Positions 63,601 to 64,000 of a stretch of DNA of 64,000 nt are shown here, one piece after another. The notes beneath the pieces were generated by a model. The model had not been told where the DNA came from. It did no database searches and worked only from the letters and a program-made list of their open reading frames with translations. This stretch comes from Macrostomum lignano (lineage: Eukaryota). The number at the start of each line of letters is the position of its first letter. Within the stretch, counting starts at the first letter, position 1. The translations under genes and the position numbers were made by a program. The DNA lies in assembly GCA_002269645.1 (NCBI GenBank), contig NIVC01003133.1, positions 54,010 through 118,009 on the forward strand, read 5' to 3'.

Positions 63601-64000
63601 TTTCCCGGCGTACAAGAAGTGGCCGCCAAGATCAAATCCGAGGTTGAAGACTTCAAGCCGTACATTCCGCTGATCAGGGACTGCGCAACCCTGGCATGCG
63701 CTCGCGTCACTGGGAGCAACTGTCAGCGGCTCTCAACATGACTCTGGTTGCCAAGAAGGAGCTGACGTTTTCTCGTTGCCTGGAGATGGGCCTGCAAGAG
63801 CACATCGAGACTATCGCCAAGGTTGCTGAGGTGGCCGGCAAAGAGTACAGCATTGAGCAGGCCTGCGAAAGATGCAGTCAGACTGGGAGTCCGTCTGCTT
63901 CGAGGTTATGGCTTATAAAGACACTGGCACTTTCATTGTGAAGGTTGGCGAGGAAGTCAACCAAACAGTTGGATGATCACATCGTCATGACGCAGCAGAT
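57062..64000 (+). CDS. DNAH1: Axonemal dynein heavy chain 1, 5' part (exons 57062-57281, 57996-58084, 58178-58532, 59036-59450, 60719-61022, 61222-61586, 61682-61832, 62179-62378, 62486-62711, 62909-end of window); four apparent 1-nt indels in the last exon
   Basis: DNAH1-specific N-terminus ([56 protein letters not shown]) and DHC_N2 region ([47 protein letters not shown]); junction phases are consistent. Confidence 0.92.
57288..57920. repeat. Near-perfect 30-bp minisatellite (gttggtgtagcttgtggtgcacagagaact)n, ~21 copies, DNAH1 intron 1
   Basis: Starts a few nt after the donor at 57282. Confidence 0.95.
58620..58870. repeat. Degenerate ~62-bp repeat in DNAH1 intron 3
   Basis: Repeated cgacacccacc..acgc.gcttggc.acgag.ttcc.t.cccc.at. 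Confidence 0.7.
59560..60010. repeat. 24-bp minisatellite (tgtcccatccattgtcaggtatgg)n in DNAH1 intron 4
   Basis: Direct inspection. Confidence 0.92.
60451..60685. repeat. (TCTG)n microsatellite just upstream of the 60719 acceptor
   Basis: Direct inspection. Confidence 0.95.

Overview
This is eukaryotic (metazoan) genomic DNA, not prokaryotic. Gene-dense GC-rich exons alternate with AT-rich spacers and about 35 different minisatellites, mostly intronic; the style resembles the flatworm Macrostomum, but that host assignment is inference only. Genes spliced by hand from GT-AG sites, in order: ISCA2; a small CS/p23-domain gene; a C-type-lectin membrane protein; ABHD8; eIF4H; an 11-exon Mx-like dynamin GTPase; a CD225/dispanin (IFITM-like) gene; a 7-exon ankyrin-repeat gene; STRIP1/2; and the 5' part of DNAH1. 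Mobile elements: a 5'-inverted (twin-primed) RTE-clade LINE fragment, an internally deleted P element with intact TIRs and an 8-bp TSD, a hAT-like MITE carrying an internal minisatellite, and two unrelated tRNA-derived SINEs. The best candidate for an undescribed system is the Mx-like/IFITM-like tail-to-tail gene pair. The Mx gene has an aberrant G4 motif (TFPD), an enlarged L4 loop, and intronic minisatellites whose units are STAT-GAS, kappaB-like and AP-1/CCAAT motifs. A second candidate is start-codon donation by a flatworm spliced leader to genes with no genomic ATG. Most long ORFs in the supplied track are artefacts of tandem repeats. All coordinates were counted by hand; repeat boundaries are approximate.
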